The notes under the pieces were generated by a model. It worked only from the letters and a program-made list of their open reading frames with translations, had not been told where the DNA came from and made no database searches. From positions 4,372 through 68,371 of the forward strand of contig JAUIER010000007.1 in assembly GCA_030429765.1 (NCBI GenBank): a stretch of DNA of 64,000 nt, read 5' to 3'. How positions within the stretch are numbered: the stretch's first letter is position 1; every line of letters starts with the position of its first letter. A program made the translations under genes and the position numbers. Below are positions 1 to 9,497 of this stretch, one piece after another. This DNA comes from a bacterium (GTDB taxonomy: Bacteria > Omnitrophota > Gorgyraeia > Zapsychrales > Zapsychraceae).

Positions 1-147
1 ATGCAGAATCACAACAAACAATTTAATGGGGTACAAGAAGATGGTGTCCCACAAAAGCACGGCCAGGACAAAATAGACGATAAGCCGTCCCAATTCCTCA
101 GGATCAACTCGATCGACTTTTTTGGTAGGTTGTTGAGTGATATTCAT
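1..147 (-). CDS. Partial N-terminus of a hypothetical membrane protein; gene continues upstream of the window
   Basis: Minus-strand ATG at 145-147 opens MNITQQPTKKVDRVDPEELGRLIVYFVLAVLLWDTIFLYPIKLFVVILH..., still open at position 1. A hydrophobic helix follows a short charged N-terminus. It competes with an unconvincing 66-aa plus ORF over the same bases. Confidence 0.25.
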   Translation of the reverse strand, partial: MNITQQPTKKVDRVDPEELGRLIVYFVLAVLLWDTIFLYPIKLFVVILH

Positions 148-335
148 TGGATTATTCTAACACAAGTCGAGATACGAATTATATCAACCACAGGTCTTTA
201 GCAATTAGGAATTTCGATGCTTCAACGCGACATCTAATCAGAACATAATCGTACTTATTAGCATGGTAAAAATATTAACTCCTCAATCAAACCCAATATT
301 TGCAAAATCTACCACCTATTGTATACTTGAGCATC

Positions 336-1250
336 ATGAAACTGGCATTTTTAATGTGTTTTCACAAGGACGTCGAGGTCTGCCGCAACCGCATTCGGAT
401 GCTCCGCCAATACAACCCGGATCTGCCGATCTACGGCGTGTATGGAGGCGATTCCGGCGAGGAGGAGCGGTATCGACGGGCGTTGGGCGGGCTGCTGGAC
501 GATTTTTACAGCTTTGAGTGCGACCGGGACAGCGAATGGAAGTGGGTGAATTTTGATGTGATGATCGCCCAGTGGTATGAGCGCCGAGGCAAGGACCTCG
601 CCTTTGACACCGTGGTCAGCATTCAATGGGACCAATTGATCCTCGCCCCGATCACCGAGCTGTTTCCCGATTTAAAGCCCAACGAGATCCTGTTCTCGGG
701 ATTGCGTCCCGCGCGTGAGGTCATGGACTGGTGGTACTGGGTTTCCAAACGTGATCGACCCGGAGCTCCGCCGGAATACGGCTTCAAAACCTACACGACG
801 TTTTTGAATCACCTCAAAGACACATACAATTACAGCGACGAGCCGGTGTTCAGTCAGTCGTTTTTTTGTTTGCTGCCGCGGACGTTTTTAAAACCGTTCA
901 GTGAAAGCGACTGGTCGGTGCCGGGGTATGGCGAGTACCGTATGCCGATGTACGCCCAGGCCTTCGGCGTGCCGTTTTGTCAGACCCATCACGTGGACGC
1001 GTGGTGGCCGTCCGATCCGGAGAGAAGCCAACATCCCATCCCCGAACGCATTGTCGAGTCCGACCGCATCCCGCCGTACGCCGAACGGACACTCACCGCG
1101 GCAAGAATTCCTCTCCCGCTCAAAGTCATCCTCCAATTGTCCAAAGCCCCCGATGGCCCCAAACTCTTTCACCCGTATTACAGAATCTTCCCGCTCAGCA
1201 TCACCGATTGGATGAGGTTGTTGAGGGATAAGGTGACGGGGCAAAGATAG
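336..1250 (+). CDS. Hypothetical protein, possibly glycosyltransferase-like (leading member of the polysaccharide gene block)
   Basis: Long ORF with a TTG at 300 and the first ATG at 336 (MKLAFLMCFHKD...). No motif I can name confidently; the N-terminus weakly resembles the start of GT14 branching enzymes. Same strand as the downstream EPS genes. Confidence 0.45.
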   Translation: MKLAFLMCFHKDVEVCRNRIRMLRQYNPDLPIYGVYGGDSGEEERYRRALGGLLDDFYSFECDRDSEWKWVNFDVMIAQWYERRGKDLAFDTVVSIQWDQLILAPITELFPDLKPNEILFSGLRPAREVMDWWYWVSKRDRPGAPPEYGFKTYTTFLNHLKDTYNYSDEPVFSQSFFCLLPRTFLKPFSESDWSVPGYGEYRMPMYAQAFGVPFCQTHHVDAWWPSDPERSQHPIPERIVESDRIPPYAERTLTAARIPLPLKVILQLSKAPDGPKLFHPYYRIFPLSITDWMRLLRDKVTGQR

Positions 1251-1426
1251 CGTTTTAGGACACTGGTCTGTACGGTCATGTCTTGAACCGATGTTGCGTT
1301 GAATCGTCGCAACATCTTAGTAATCATAACCATTTATCGACACTTTCTGTGTGTCGACTTCTACGGTCATGTTCTGAAAAGAATTTCGTTGAAGCATTCG
1401 AGATTCTGGATAGAACATGACCTTTT

Positions 1427-1449
1427 GTCAACTTCCTTCGGAAGTTGAC
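1427..1449 (+). promoter_or_regulatory. Perfect 10-bp stem / UUCG-tetraloop hairpin (GTCAACTTCC-TTCG-GGAAGTTGAC) in the 5' region of the methyltransferase gene
   Basis: Inverted repeat read directly from the sequence. A second 11-bp inverted repeat, GGTCATGTTCT(1363-1373)/AGAACATGACC(1406-1416), lies just upstream. Confidence 0.35.
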
Positions 1450-1510
1450 TTGTACCACTGTGTCCTATTGACTATTATGCTTTATCTATTAATCTTAATA
1501 GAAACGTTTG

Positions 1511-1539
1511 TTGCATAATCGGCAGGTAAAGCTTATAAT
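1511..1539 (+). promoter_or_regulatory. Sigma-70-like promoter: TTGCAT, 17-bp spacer, TATAAT
   Basis: -35-like TTGCAT at 1511-1516 and a perfect -10 TATAAT at 1534-1539 with a 17-nt spacer, about 60 nt upstream of the ATG at 1600. Confidence 0.4.
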
Positions 1540-1599
1540 ACTCTGCAAGTTATTGTTGCACAACACTATATAAAATTTTATTAGACATTAAAGGGTCCT

Positions 1600-2427
1600 A
1601 TGAAATCTTTTCTTGAAAAATATCCAGCACTGTATAAAGCCGTATTTAAACTATATGAACTGTGTCGAAACATATTTCGCATCAACACCAAAACCGTTTT
1701 ATTGTCCAAGGAAGGCCGCTCGGAAAAGCATTTGGAGGAGATGTATACCGACCCACTCTACAGCAATGTCATCAAGGATGTCGAAGAATTTACCGGCCTG
1801 ACAGGTGACGACCTTAAAAAACGCCTCATGCTCGAACCAGAATATACGAACTATAGTGAATTCAAATGGCATTCACCTAAGAGTCACAATGAACTCACCT
1901 GGTTCTATCGATGCTGCTATAGCTACTTATACGATAATGCAGGCCATCATTTCTGGAAAAAATTGGATTTTGTTAAACCCGAGCATGGTCGTATTCTGGA
2001 ATATGCCGGAGGGATTGGTCACAATACAATACCATTGGCGGAACGTGGTTGTGAAGTTGACTATTTGGAAATTGGAATTATTCAATCGGCTTTCGTTCGT
2101 TACCGTTTAGACAAAAGAGGCCTTAAAAATGTGAACTTTGTCAACTTATATGTCGACGGCAAGTTTGATCCAGTCAATTGTGTCACAGAAAAATATGGCG
2201 TTATTATTCTTCAAGACGTCTTGGAGCACATTCCAAACTATCACATCGTTCTAAGGCATCTCATCGATCACCTAGAACCTAATGGATATATTCTCGAACA
2301 AACACCGTTTGAAGAGGACGTCACGGCTGACGACATTGATATTCACCTGCGCCCATCTATGCCGATGGAAGAGGCGATGGTCGGGATGAAAAAGATTGAA
2401 CGGAATATTTGGCAGAAGGTTTCGTGA
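1600..2427 (+). CDS. Class I SAM-dependent methyltransferase
   Basis: Rossmann motif I ILEYAGGIGHNT, an acidic residue after beta-2 (EVDYLEIG) and post-I motif IILQDVLEHIP. These are typical of Methyltransf_11/12-type enzymes found in polysaccharide clusters. Confidence 0.8.
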   Translation: MKSFLEKYPALYKAVFKLYELCRNIFRINTKTVLLSKEGRSEKHLEEMYTDPLYSNVIKDVEEFTGLTGDDLKKRLMLEPEYTNYSEFKWHSPKSHNELTWFYRCCYSYLYDNAGHHFWKKLDFVKPEHGRILEYAGGIGHNTIPLAERGCEVDYLEIGIIQSAFVRYRLDKRGLKNVNFVNLYVDGKFDPVNCVTEKYGVIILQDVLEHIPNYHIVLRHLIDHLEPNGYILEQTPFEEDVTADDIDIHLRPSMPMEEAMVGMKKIERNIWQKVS

Positions 2428-2595
2428 CGGATATTTTGACAGCATTACTTATACCTTTAAAACAAAACCATATAAAAGTTCACAAGGTCACATGATGAGA
2501 ACAGGTATGGTGCGAGATAGTTGACTCAACATAGATTGTAGCCCAGGTATACCACAATATTGGATTTTTCTTGAATAGTTTATTCTGAATTTAGC

Positions 2596-3648
2596 ATGTC
2601 ACCCAGGAACCCAACACCCAGCTTAACTGTGCCATGGATTAACTTAACGCGTTTCGCTGCAATAGTATCAGTTATTCTATTTCATGCCTCAGCAGCGCAC
2701 ATTGATCAATTTGAGATTCTAGATGTTAGTCAATGGATATTCGTTGATATTTACGCATCCATTACGCGTATTTGTGTACCACTGTTCTTTATGATATCCG
2801 GCAGCCTACTACTGAGTAAAGAGGATGGAATAATCTCCTTTTATAAGCGAAGACTTGTAAAAATATTTATCCCGTTGATGATCTGGAGCTTAGCCTACAT
2901 AGTATGGAAAGATATTGTAGGCAAAGAGGTTTTGACTTCAACCTCGATTATCATATCTATTCTCAAACCCGCGTATTATCATCTTTGGTTTCTGTATGCT
3001 ATTGTCGGAATTTATCTGTATATGCCGCTTCTACAAGTTTTGGTTCAACACTCTGATCGACGACGATTGTACTACTTTGTGGGACTGTGGTTTATTGCCA
3101 CGTCACTGATTCCATCCAGTGAACGCTTATCCGAGTTGCATAGCCATATTGATCTGGGGATGGCCGGTGGATTTTCCGGATATCTGGTTTTAGGTCATTT
3201 GCTACGGGGGTCTCAAATCACCGTTAAAAGGGTATGGATGGCAATATCCTTATTCTTACTTTGCAACATTGCCACGGCCGAAGGTCTCCATATTTTTACC
3301 TCTAGAGGATCCATTAATCTGGCTCGAGCCTTTCATTCCTATTTGGCACCCAATGTGATTGGAGCATCCATGGCGGCATTTTATCTACTCAAGTGCATTG
3401 GCACACGCCTGACGAAATCCGAGTCGGGCATATACAAAACCATAGATCAAGTCACACCATATATCTTTGGGATTTATTTAGTTCATGCGATGATTCAATA
3501 TCATGTCCACGAGTTAAAGATCCCGATCGTCTCGAACGGACATCTAGGCTATGCCTTATTGCTGGAAACAATATTGGTATTTTACCTAAGCTTCGTTTGT
3601 GTATGGATCATTAAAAAAATCCCGTTGATTCGGGTATGTGTGCCGTAA
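2596..3648 (+). CDS. Acyltransferase family 3 membrane O-acetyltransferase (OafA/WecH-like)
   Basis: Polytopic, about 10 TM segments. N-terminal LTRFAAIVSVILFHA plus the ...PLFFMISG... signature are characteristic of acyltransferase_3. Confidence 0.8.
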   Translation: MSPRNPTPSLTVPWINLTRFAAIVSVILFHASAAHIDQFEILDVSQWIFVDIYASITRICVPLFFMISGSLLLSKEDGIISFYKRRLVKIFIPLMIWSLAYIVWKDIVGKEVLTSTSIIISILKPAYYHLWFLYAIVGIYLYMPLLQVLVQHSDRRRLYYFVGLWFIATSLIPSSERLSELHSHIDLGMAGGFSGYLVLGHLLRGSQITVKRVWMAISLFLLCNIATAEGLHIFTSRGSINLARAFHSYLAPNVIGASMAAFYLLKCIGTRLTKSESGIYKTIDQVTPYIFGIYLVHAMIQYHVHELKIPIVSNGHLGYALLLETILVFYLSFVCVWIIKKIPLIRVCVP

Positions 3649-3744
3649 GAATTGTGTACCCTCTCAGGCCAAACATCTGGACATATCACCTAGAATCCGG
3701 TAGTCTTATGCATATTGTAATTCGTTAAATCATTAATAAAATCT

Positions 3745-4932
3745 ATGATTCAAGCCAAAAAAATCCTCGTCACCGATGGTCTGTGGCAGGGGAGCATTAC
3801 AACTATTCAAAGTCTCGGCCGGCAGGGGCATGAAATCTATCTAGCCGATCACGATGCGAATCGATCCACGGGCCGCTCCAAGTATTGCCGTAAACTCTTC
3901 ACCTGCCCGCATCCCAAGGATAAAAAGAATTATGTCGATGCGATTATTGAGATTCTCGCTAGGGAGAAATTCGATTTGCTGGTCCCGATTGGCGATCAGA
4001 CCATGGAGGCGTTTGCCGAACGTAAAGACGAACTGCTCAAACATACCAGGGTGATCATTCCCGATCATGACAAGATTCTCATCGCCGATGACAAACGATT
4101 GACGGCCAAGTTTGCTCAGGAAAATGATATATTAATTCCCATTTCCTATCAAATCTCTTCGAAAGAAGAGGCCAAAAATGTGGCTCGGAAAGATATCTTT
4201 CCATGTATTGCCAAAATGCCATCCGAAACCGCATCGGAAGGGTTAATGATTCTCGAAACACGCGAAGATTTCCTGGACTTTTACAGTCACGATGAGAATC
4301 TTCAACGTTACACGTTGGTCCAGAAGTTTGTGCAAGGCGATATATACGGCTCAACGGCCGTCTGCCATGAAGGACAAATTCTTAATTACTTTATGTTTTA
4401 TGTACCGATCCGCTACGGCACCGGGGGAGCTGCATCATACTACTACTCGTCGAATAATCCCACATTACTTGAGATCACACGTGATATCGTCCGTAAGCTA
4501 AACTGGACCGGTTTCATTGACTTTGATTTTTTGGAGGATAAGGAGGGCAATTTTGTATTGCTCGAGATCAATCCGCGTCTGTCAGGAGGATCACAGTTCG
4601 CGCACAAGATGGGGGTCGATTTACCCCTGACATATTTCAATCTGGTTCTCAATAATGACACGCGTGTGGTCGAACCAAAATACCGGGACAACAAACAGTA
4701 CCGGCTGCTGTTACCGGTGGAGGTGATGTATCATCTGAGAAACTATCGACGCATTCATCGCTCATTTTTCCAGATTTTTAATTTGCTGAGTTGTACAAAT
4801 ATCAATTGGAATGATTGGCCGTTGACGCGAAGTCAGCTCAAAGAGACCTGGTGGAATTGCCGGCATATTATCAAGGGTCGCAAATTCATCAAGGAGGAAG
4901 TGGCCATTCCCGTGCATCGTCGAAACGGATAA
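3745..4932 (+). CDS. ATP-grasp domain protein (carboxylate-amine ligase-like) in the EPS cluster
   Basis: Rossmann-like N-terminus (KILVTDG...GHEIYLAD) and a central ATP-grasp fold. The C-terminal FVLLEINPRLSGG matches the ATP-grasp E-x-N Mg-binding loop. Confidence 0.7.
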   Translation: MIQAKKILVTDGLWQGSITTIQSLGRQGHEIYLADHDANRSTGRSKYCRKLFTCPHPKDKKNYVDAIIEILAREKFDLLVPIGDQTMEAFAERKDELLKHTRVIIPDHDKILIADDKRLTAKFAQENDILIPISYQISSKEEAKNVARKDIFPCIAKMPSETASEGLMILETREDFLDFYSHDENLQRYTLVQKFVQGDIYGSTAVCHEGQILNYFMFYVPIRYGTGGAASYYYSSNNPTLLEITRDIVRKLNWTGFIDFDFLEDKEGNFVLLEINPRLSGGSQFAHKMGVDLPLTYFNLVLNNDTRVVEPKYRDNKQYRLLLPVEVMYHLRNYRRIHRSFFQIFNLLSCTNINWNDWPLTRSQLKETWWNCRHIIKGRKFIKEEVAIPVHRRNG

Positions 4933-5033
4933 AATACACGTGTCAGCATCAAAAATTGGTAAATATCGTCGCCATCGTGTATCCTTACTGTTAACATATA
5001 GCGGACAGCAAACCGGTTAAGAACTCATCATTC

Positions 5034-6140
5034 ATGAAGCCCAAAGTCATCCTACAATTCACCTGCATGCATTCCACCAAATACGGGGCGGTGGAGCGCT
5101 ACTTTAAAGAAACCGCCTCACTGTGCACCGAGAAGGGCTATACCACGATCATGCAATATGAATCGATGCCGCAGTCGTCGGAGTATTGTCAGGACGTCAA
5201 GGACACACACACCGAGATCCGCGTATTTCCCATACCACTGAGTCCGATCGGATCATTTTTTCGAGTATTTAAAATCATCAAGGAAGTTCAGCCGGAGATC
5301 ATTCACGTGCACTTTGCCGAACGCTTTGTCAAACTCTGGATCCCGATCATTGGACGCTGGTTCGGCGCCCGACGGGTGATCCATTCGATGCACAATATCC
5401 CGGAGTACCCCGGAAAAACGTCAGCACGGCACATTTACAATCTATACGATTACACGCTTCCTGTAAGTCAATCCGCTGAGAAAGGATGTAAAACCGGCGG
5501 TTTTGATATGAGCAAGGTCAAAACACACTATCTAGGATTATTCGGTGATCGCCCTAGATCAGCGGAACTCCGGGAGTCCTATCGCCAGAAATTTGGCATT
5601 CCGGATGATGCGATCGTCGTTGGGTGCATCGCCTTTGATACACCATTCAAAGGGCTCGAAGGATTACTTAAATCTGTTAAGCTCGCCAGCGAACAGCATC
5701 CAAATTTACATCTGATTGAGATTGGGGTGGATCCCGCTGCCTCAAAACTTCCGGCCTTAGCCGAAGAGCTTGGTATCACAAATCGTGTGCATTGGGCCGG
5801 TATTATCGACAATGGCTGGCAGGTTTTGAATGCCGCTGATTTTTATATCCAACCCTCCACATTCTCTGAAGGACTCGGTCTTTCGATTGTGGAAGCGATG
5901 GCCCTAAAGTTACCCGTCATTGGAACCAACATTGGCGGGATACCCGAGGCCGTCAAAGACGGTGTGACGGGAATCATTACCGAACCTACCCCCGAGGCCA
6001 TCGCAAAAGCCATCGATACGATGATCCAACGCAGAGATGATTGGGATACGCTGGGTCAAGCCGGATACGACCGATACCGCCGAATCTTCGATGGGATGGA
6101 ATCCGTCCGCCAGCAATTGATTCAATTTTATGGTATATAG
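5034..6140 (+). CDS. Glycosyltransferase family 4 (GT-B)
   Basis: C-terminal EX7E-type region SEGLGLSIVEAMALKLPVIGTNIGGIPEAV...GIITEP is typical of GT4 retaining transferases. Confidence 0.85.
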   Translation: MKPKVILQFTCMHSTKYGAVERYFKETASLCTEKGYTTIMQYESMPQSSEYCQDVKDTHTEIRVFPIPLSPIGSFFRVFKIIKEVQPEIIHVHFAERFVKLWIPIIGRWFGARRVIHSMHNIPEYPGKTSARHIYNLYDYTLPVSQSAEKGCKTGGFDMSKVKTHYLGLFGDRPRSAELRESYRQKFGIPDDAIVVGCIAFDTPFKGLEGLLKSVKLASEQHPNLHLIEIGVDPAASKLPALAEELGITNRVHWAGIIDNGWQVLNAADFYIQPSTFSEGLGLSIVEAMALKLPVIGTNIGGIPEAVKDGVTGIITEPTPEAIAKAIDTMIQRRDDWDTLGQAGYDRYRRIFDGMESVRQQLIQFYGI

Positions 6141-6330
6141 TTGCATTCAAGCCATAAAGTTGCGGGCTTAGACCATACATTCCAAAATTTTTTATAGTAC
6201 TATTATTTGAATATTATTTATTGCCTTTATCTAATTTACATATGCATTTTCAACGGATATACTCGATGTGGCTGGGCAGGTTCTTCCTCAAATCTGACAA
6301 TGACTCCAGACACACAAAGGACGTGAATCC

Positions 6331-7413
6331 GTGAACACGACAATTCCGACAAATGTTTCAAGCGTCATCGTCAATTTCCGTGGCGGACTGGGCGATTTGA
6401 TCATGCTGACACCGATGATGCGGGCCATCAAAGAGAGCGGCGTTAAGACGCTGACATTGATCACCACAACGAATATGCGTGAGCTGGCGGAGCGGATTGA
6501 GTGGATTGATGAGGTGATTTATTTTGATGCCGGGTCACCCCGGGACACGTGGCGGCATCCCATCCAAGTCGGGAAGTTTCGGCGACGGATTCAGTCGATT
6601 TCGGCCGATCGGCTGATTCATTCGATTTGCACATACGGCCGGGTGCCGCGCTGGATCGGAGGGATGATCAGTCCCCGGCATTCAATTGGATATGATCACG
6701 GCTCCAAGGCCTGTGATTGCGATGCACTCTTAACCGTGGATGACACACGGCATGATATCCGGTTGAACCTCGATCTATGGGATCCTCAACGGGAATGGAC
6801 CACGACGGATCTGCGGCTCAGACTGGAGTTGAGCGCGGCGGATATTGCGTGGGCCAATGATTTTTTGCGAGGACGCGTCCCGGAACAGGCCCGGATGACC
6901 GCGGTGGCACCGTGTATCCGTTACACCTATGGTTTACAGACGCGCCAGTGGCCGCTGAGCAAATTTGCCGAGCTGATGCGGCGTATACTCGAGGAGCCGG
7001 ACCACTACGTGTATGTGTGCGGATCGCGTCAGGAGCTCGATCAATTGACGAATGATGCCTGCACCGCGGAGCTGATGCGGCACGAGCGGATAGTGACGGT
7101 CCCGGATTCACAGCCGTTGTTTCATGCCGGCGCATTGCTGCGTCGCTGTGACGCCCTGATCTGCAATGACAGCGGCTTGATGCATCTGGCCGTGGCCTTA
7201 CGCGTGCCGGTGGTTTCTTTGTGGGGGCCGACGCGCATCGTCCGCAAAGGATATGCCCACGTCGAGACATTTCGCGGGGTGGAAAGCCAGGGATGCCGTT
7301 GCCGCATGGACTACATCAACCCGGTCACCGATTGTGACGATGGGGCATGCTGGAGCACCGTTGAGGCCGACGCCGTCTTCAACGCGTACAAAGATTTGGT
7401 CAATCAAGTTTAA
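6331..7413 (+). CDS. Glycosyltransferase family 9 (heptosyltransferase-like)
   Basis: GTG start. N-terminal GGLGDLIMLTP motif and C-terminal ...CNDSGLMHLAVALRVPVVSLWGPT... are hallmarks of ADP-heptose:LPS heptosyltransferase-type GT9. Confidence 0.8.
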   Translation: MNTTIPTNVSSVIVNFRGGLGDLIMLTPMMRAIKESGVKTLTLITTTNMRELAERIEWIDEVIYFDAGSPRDTWRHPIQVGKFRRRIQSISADRLIHSICTYGRVPRWIGGMISPRHSIGYDHGSKACDCDALLTVDDTRHDIRLNLDLWDPQREWTTTDLRLRLELSAADIAWANDFLRGRVPEQARMTAVAPCIRYTYGLQTRQWPLSKFAELMRRILEEPDHYVYVCGSRQELDQLTNDACTAELMRHERIVTVPDSQPLFHAGALLRRCDALICNDSGLMHLAVALRVPVVSLWGPTRIVRKGYAHVETFRGVESQGCRCRMDYINPVTDCDDGACWSTVEADAVFNAYKDLVNQV

Positions 7414-7424
7414 TGCACGATGTC

Positions 7425-8567
7425 ATGAACGTTTTATTTATCCATCCCAATAACAAATACACCGGTCAGGAGATCTCGCTGCTGGAGCGGATCATCGGAC
7501 TCAAGCACAATGGCGTGAACTGCGCGGTGGTGCTGCCTGAACAGGGCAAATTTGGACGCATCCTCGGTGAGTATGATATCCCCGTCGTAATTGCCGATCT
7601 GTCGCGCTTTGACCGCAGCAACAAACGGGCCTTTGTGCGCAGTATCTGGACGATGCGGCGGATCATCAAGCAGCAGCAGGCGTCAATCGTGCACTGCTCG
7701 GGGATCTATTCCAATCAATACGCGGTGTGGGCGGCCAAGCTGTCCGGGATTCCGTGCGTGGCCTCAATCAGCACGACGGTGTACAATGATTACGATTTTC
7801 GGTCCAACTTCACGCACGCGCTTAACCGGGTATGCTGTGTATCGGAGGCGGTGCGGCAAAATCTGCTCGAGAAATCGCGGGTTACCGAACAGCAGGCCGT
7901 GACATTATACGACGGCTATCATCTGGACTCGATCAAGGTGGATCCCGACGCTGTTGCGCGGTTTCGGACGGACTTTGATATCCAGGACCATCACCGGATC
8001 ATCGCGACGATCGGCGAGGTCATCCCCCGCAAGGGCATCGAGTACTTTGTGGAGATGGCCCATATCCTCAAGAAACAGCATGATCATCTCAAATTTCTCG
8101 TCATCGGCGAGCATCACAATGACGAGTATGAACAGCAGGTCCGGCAGCAGATTCAGAAACTCAACCTTTCGGATGATGTGATCTTCACCGGATTTCAGCC
8201 GGATATTTACAGCATTATCAGTCAGCTCGATGTCAGTGTGGTGGCGTCGCTGGCTGAAGGGCTGTGCCGGGTGATCGTCGAGACGCAGCAGATGGAGAAG
8301 CCGATCGTCTCAACGGCGGTCTCGGGCAATGTCGAGGCGATCCGGGACGGATACAACGGCTATCTGGTGGAATCCCAACGGCCAGATCTCTTGGCCGAGC
8401 GGGTCAGTCACATCCTCAAGCATCCGGACGAAGCGCGAACACTGGGTCAAAACGCCAAGGCCAGCGTCCAGGAAAAATTCACCCTCCAGGCGCATGTGGA
8501 CCATCTCCTGCGTATTTACCGCGATATATCGAAAGGGGACAGTCCCCAAAAAGGGACAGGTCGCTAG
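7425..8567 (+). CDS. Glycosyltransferase family 4, atypical-N-terminus subfamily (paralogue A); the 3' end is fused to a REP element
   Basis: MNVLFIHPNNKYTGQEISLLER... is a paralogue of the genes at 26588 and 27723 and carries the GT4 C-terminal motif (ASLAEGLCRVIVE...GYLVE). An alternative ATG at 7413 overlaps the upstream stop. The last 10 codons (..SKGDSPQKGTGR) are encoded by the REP repeat. Confidence 0.8.
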   Translation: MNVLFIHPNNKYTGQEISLLERIIGLKHNGVNCAVVLPEQGKFGRILGEYDIPVVIADLSRFDRSNKRAFVRSIWTMRRIIKQQQASIVHCSGIYSNQYAVWAAKLSGIPCVASISTTVYNDYDFRSNFTHALNRVCCVSEAVRQNLLEKSRVTEQQAVTLYDGYHLDSIKVDPDAVARFRTDFDIQDHHRIIATIGEVIPRKGIEYFVEMAHILKKQHDHLKFLVIGEHHNDEYEQQVRQQIQKLNLSDDVIFTGFQPDIYSIISQLDVSVVASLAEGLCRVIVETQQMEKPIVSTAVSGNVEAIRDGYNGYLVESQRPDLLAERVSHILKHPDEARTLGQNAKASVQEKFTLQAHVDHLLRIYRDISKGDSPQKGTGR

Positions 8568-9497
8568 GTTTAGGCAATCAACCAGCCGTCAAACAGGGAC
8601 AGGTCATTCCCGGGCATTGACATCAGCCGCCCATCCGATATACTCAATACACATCCCCCACTCGAAACAACCATCAAGAAGGGGGAAGCCCATGCCACGT
8701 CTCGCCAGAAAGGATCTGCTCTACGACGGATGCTACGTCCATGTCATATCCAGATCGATCCGTCAGCTCAAACTCTTTAAGGATGATCAGGATTTCGATC
8801 ACCTCTACAACCTGTTACGGCTGACGCAGCGTCAGTCAGGCTCCACTATTCATCACTATTGTCTGATGCACACCCATTTTCATCTCGTGGTTCAAATATC
8901 CAATCTCGATCAATTCGCCGGGGCGATGCGCTACGCCAAAAGTCAGTACAGCTATCACTTTCATGAACGGTATCAGATGAGCGGCCCGATTTGGCGCGAG
9001 CGCTATCGAGCGTTGCTTATCGAAAACGAGGCTTATCTGCGCTCGTGCGGCGTCTATATTGAACATAATCCTGTCAAGGCCGGGATGGTCACGGACGCGC
9101 AATCATGGCCGTACAGCTCGTACCGGCACTACCACTCGGATTTTGTTGATCCGTTAATCGGCACGGACTCAACCTCATCAACAAGGACCCCATTGAGTGA
9201 ACCGATCGATAATCCGGAGCGGTTTTTTGAGCGGGGAAGGGCGATTGGATCGGCCTTTTTTCGCTGGCAGCTGAATGAGAAGTTTAAACCGCGTTGAAGC
9301 TTTTTTGATTGATAAGGAACAGGGCATGAATCATGAATGAATCTTTTTCACGTATGGTGGGTTCGTTATTGGTCTGGATGGAGAGATGCAACATTATTAA
9401 ACGCTGGATAGATGTTGAATAACTGGGATCTGTCCCCGTTTGAGAGCTGGATAGTTGGGGGCAAACTGGGACCTGTCCCTTTTTGGGGACTGTCCCC
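8537..9497. mobile_element. REPtron: RAYT transposase gene flanked by inverted REP-like repeat clusters
   Basis: Left end GGGGACAGTCCCCAAAAAGGGACAGGTC (8537-8564) is the perfect reverse complement of the right end GACCTGTCCCTTTTTGGGGACTGTCCCC (9470-9497). Extra GGGACAGGTC-like copies sit at 8593-8602 and 9425-9437. Together they enclose a Y1 (HuH) transposase gene. Confidence 0.7.
8692..9297 (+). CDS. REP-associated tyrosine transposase (RAYT; IS200/IS605-like Y1 HuH transposase)
   Basis: HuH motif HTHFHLVV and catalytic-Tyr region YIEHNPVKAGMV...SWPYSSYRHY, matching the E. coli RayT pattern YIYINPVKHGWV..DWPFSTF. About 201 aa from the first in-frame ATG (MPRLAR..); the ORF-track start at 8329 is a read-through of upstream sequence. 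Confidence 0.85.
   Translation: MPRLARKDLLYDGCYVHVISRSIRQLKLFKDDQDFDHLYNLLRLTQRQSGSTIHHYCLMHTHFHLVVQISNLDQFAGAMRYAKSQYSYHFHERYQMSGPIWRERYRALLIENEAYLRSCGVYIEHNPVKAGMVTDAQSWPYSSYRHYHSDFVDPLIGTDSTSSTRTPLSEPIDNPERFFERGRAIGSAFFRWQLNEKFKPR

Noticed and set aside
1-201. 66-aa plus-strand ORF at the window start
   Set aside because: No RBS or motif and low-complexity translation. The opposite strand carries a more convincing membrane-protein N-terminus running off the window edge.
8329-8691. 5' extension of the RAYT ORF (track ORF 8329..9297) overlapping the GT4 gene's 3' end
   Set aside because: Read-through of non-coding and REP sequence. The first ATG with transposase homology is at 8692, and the extension overlaps a bona fide GT4 C-terminus in another frame.
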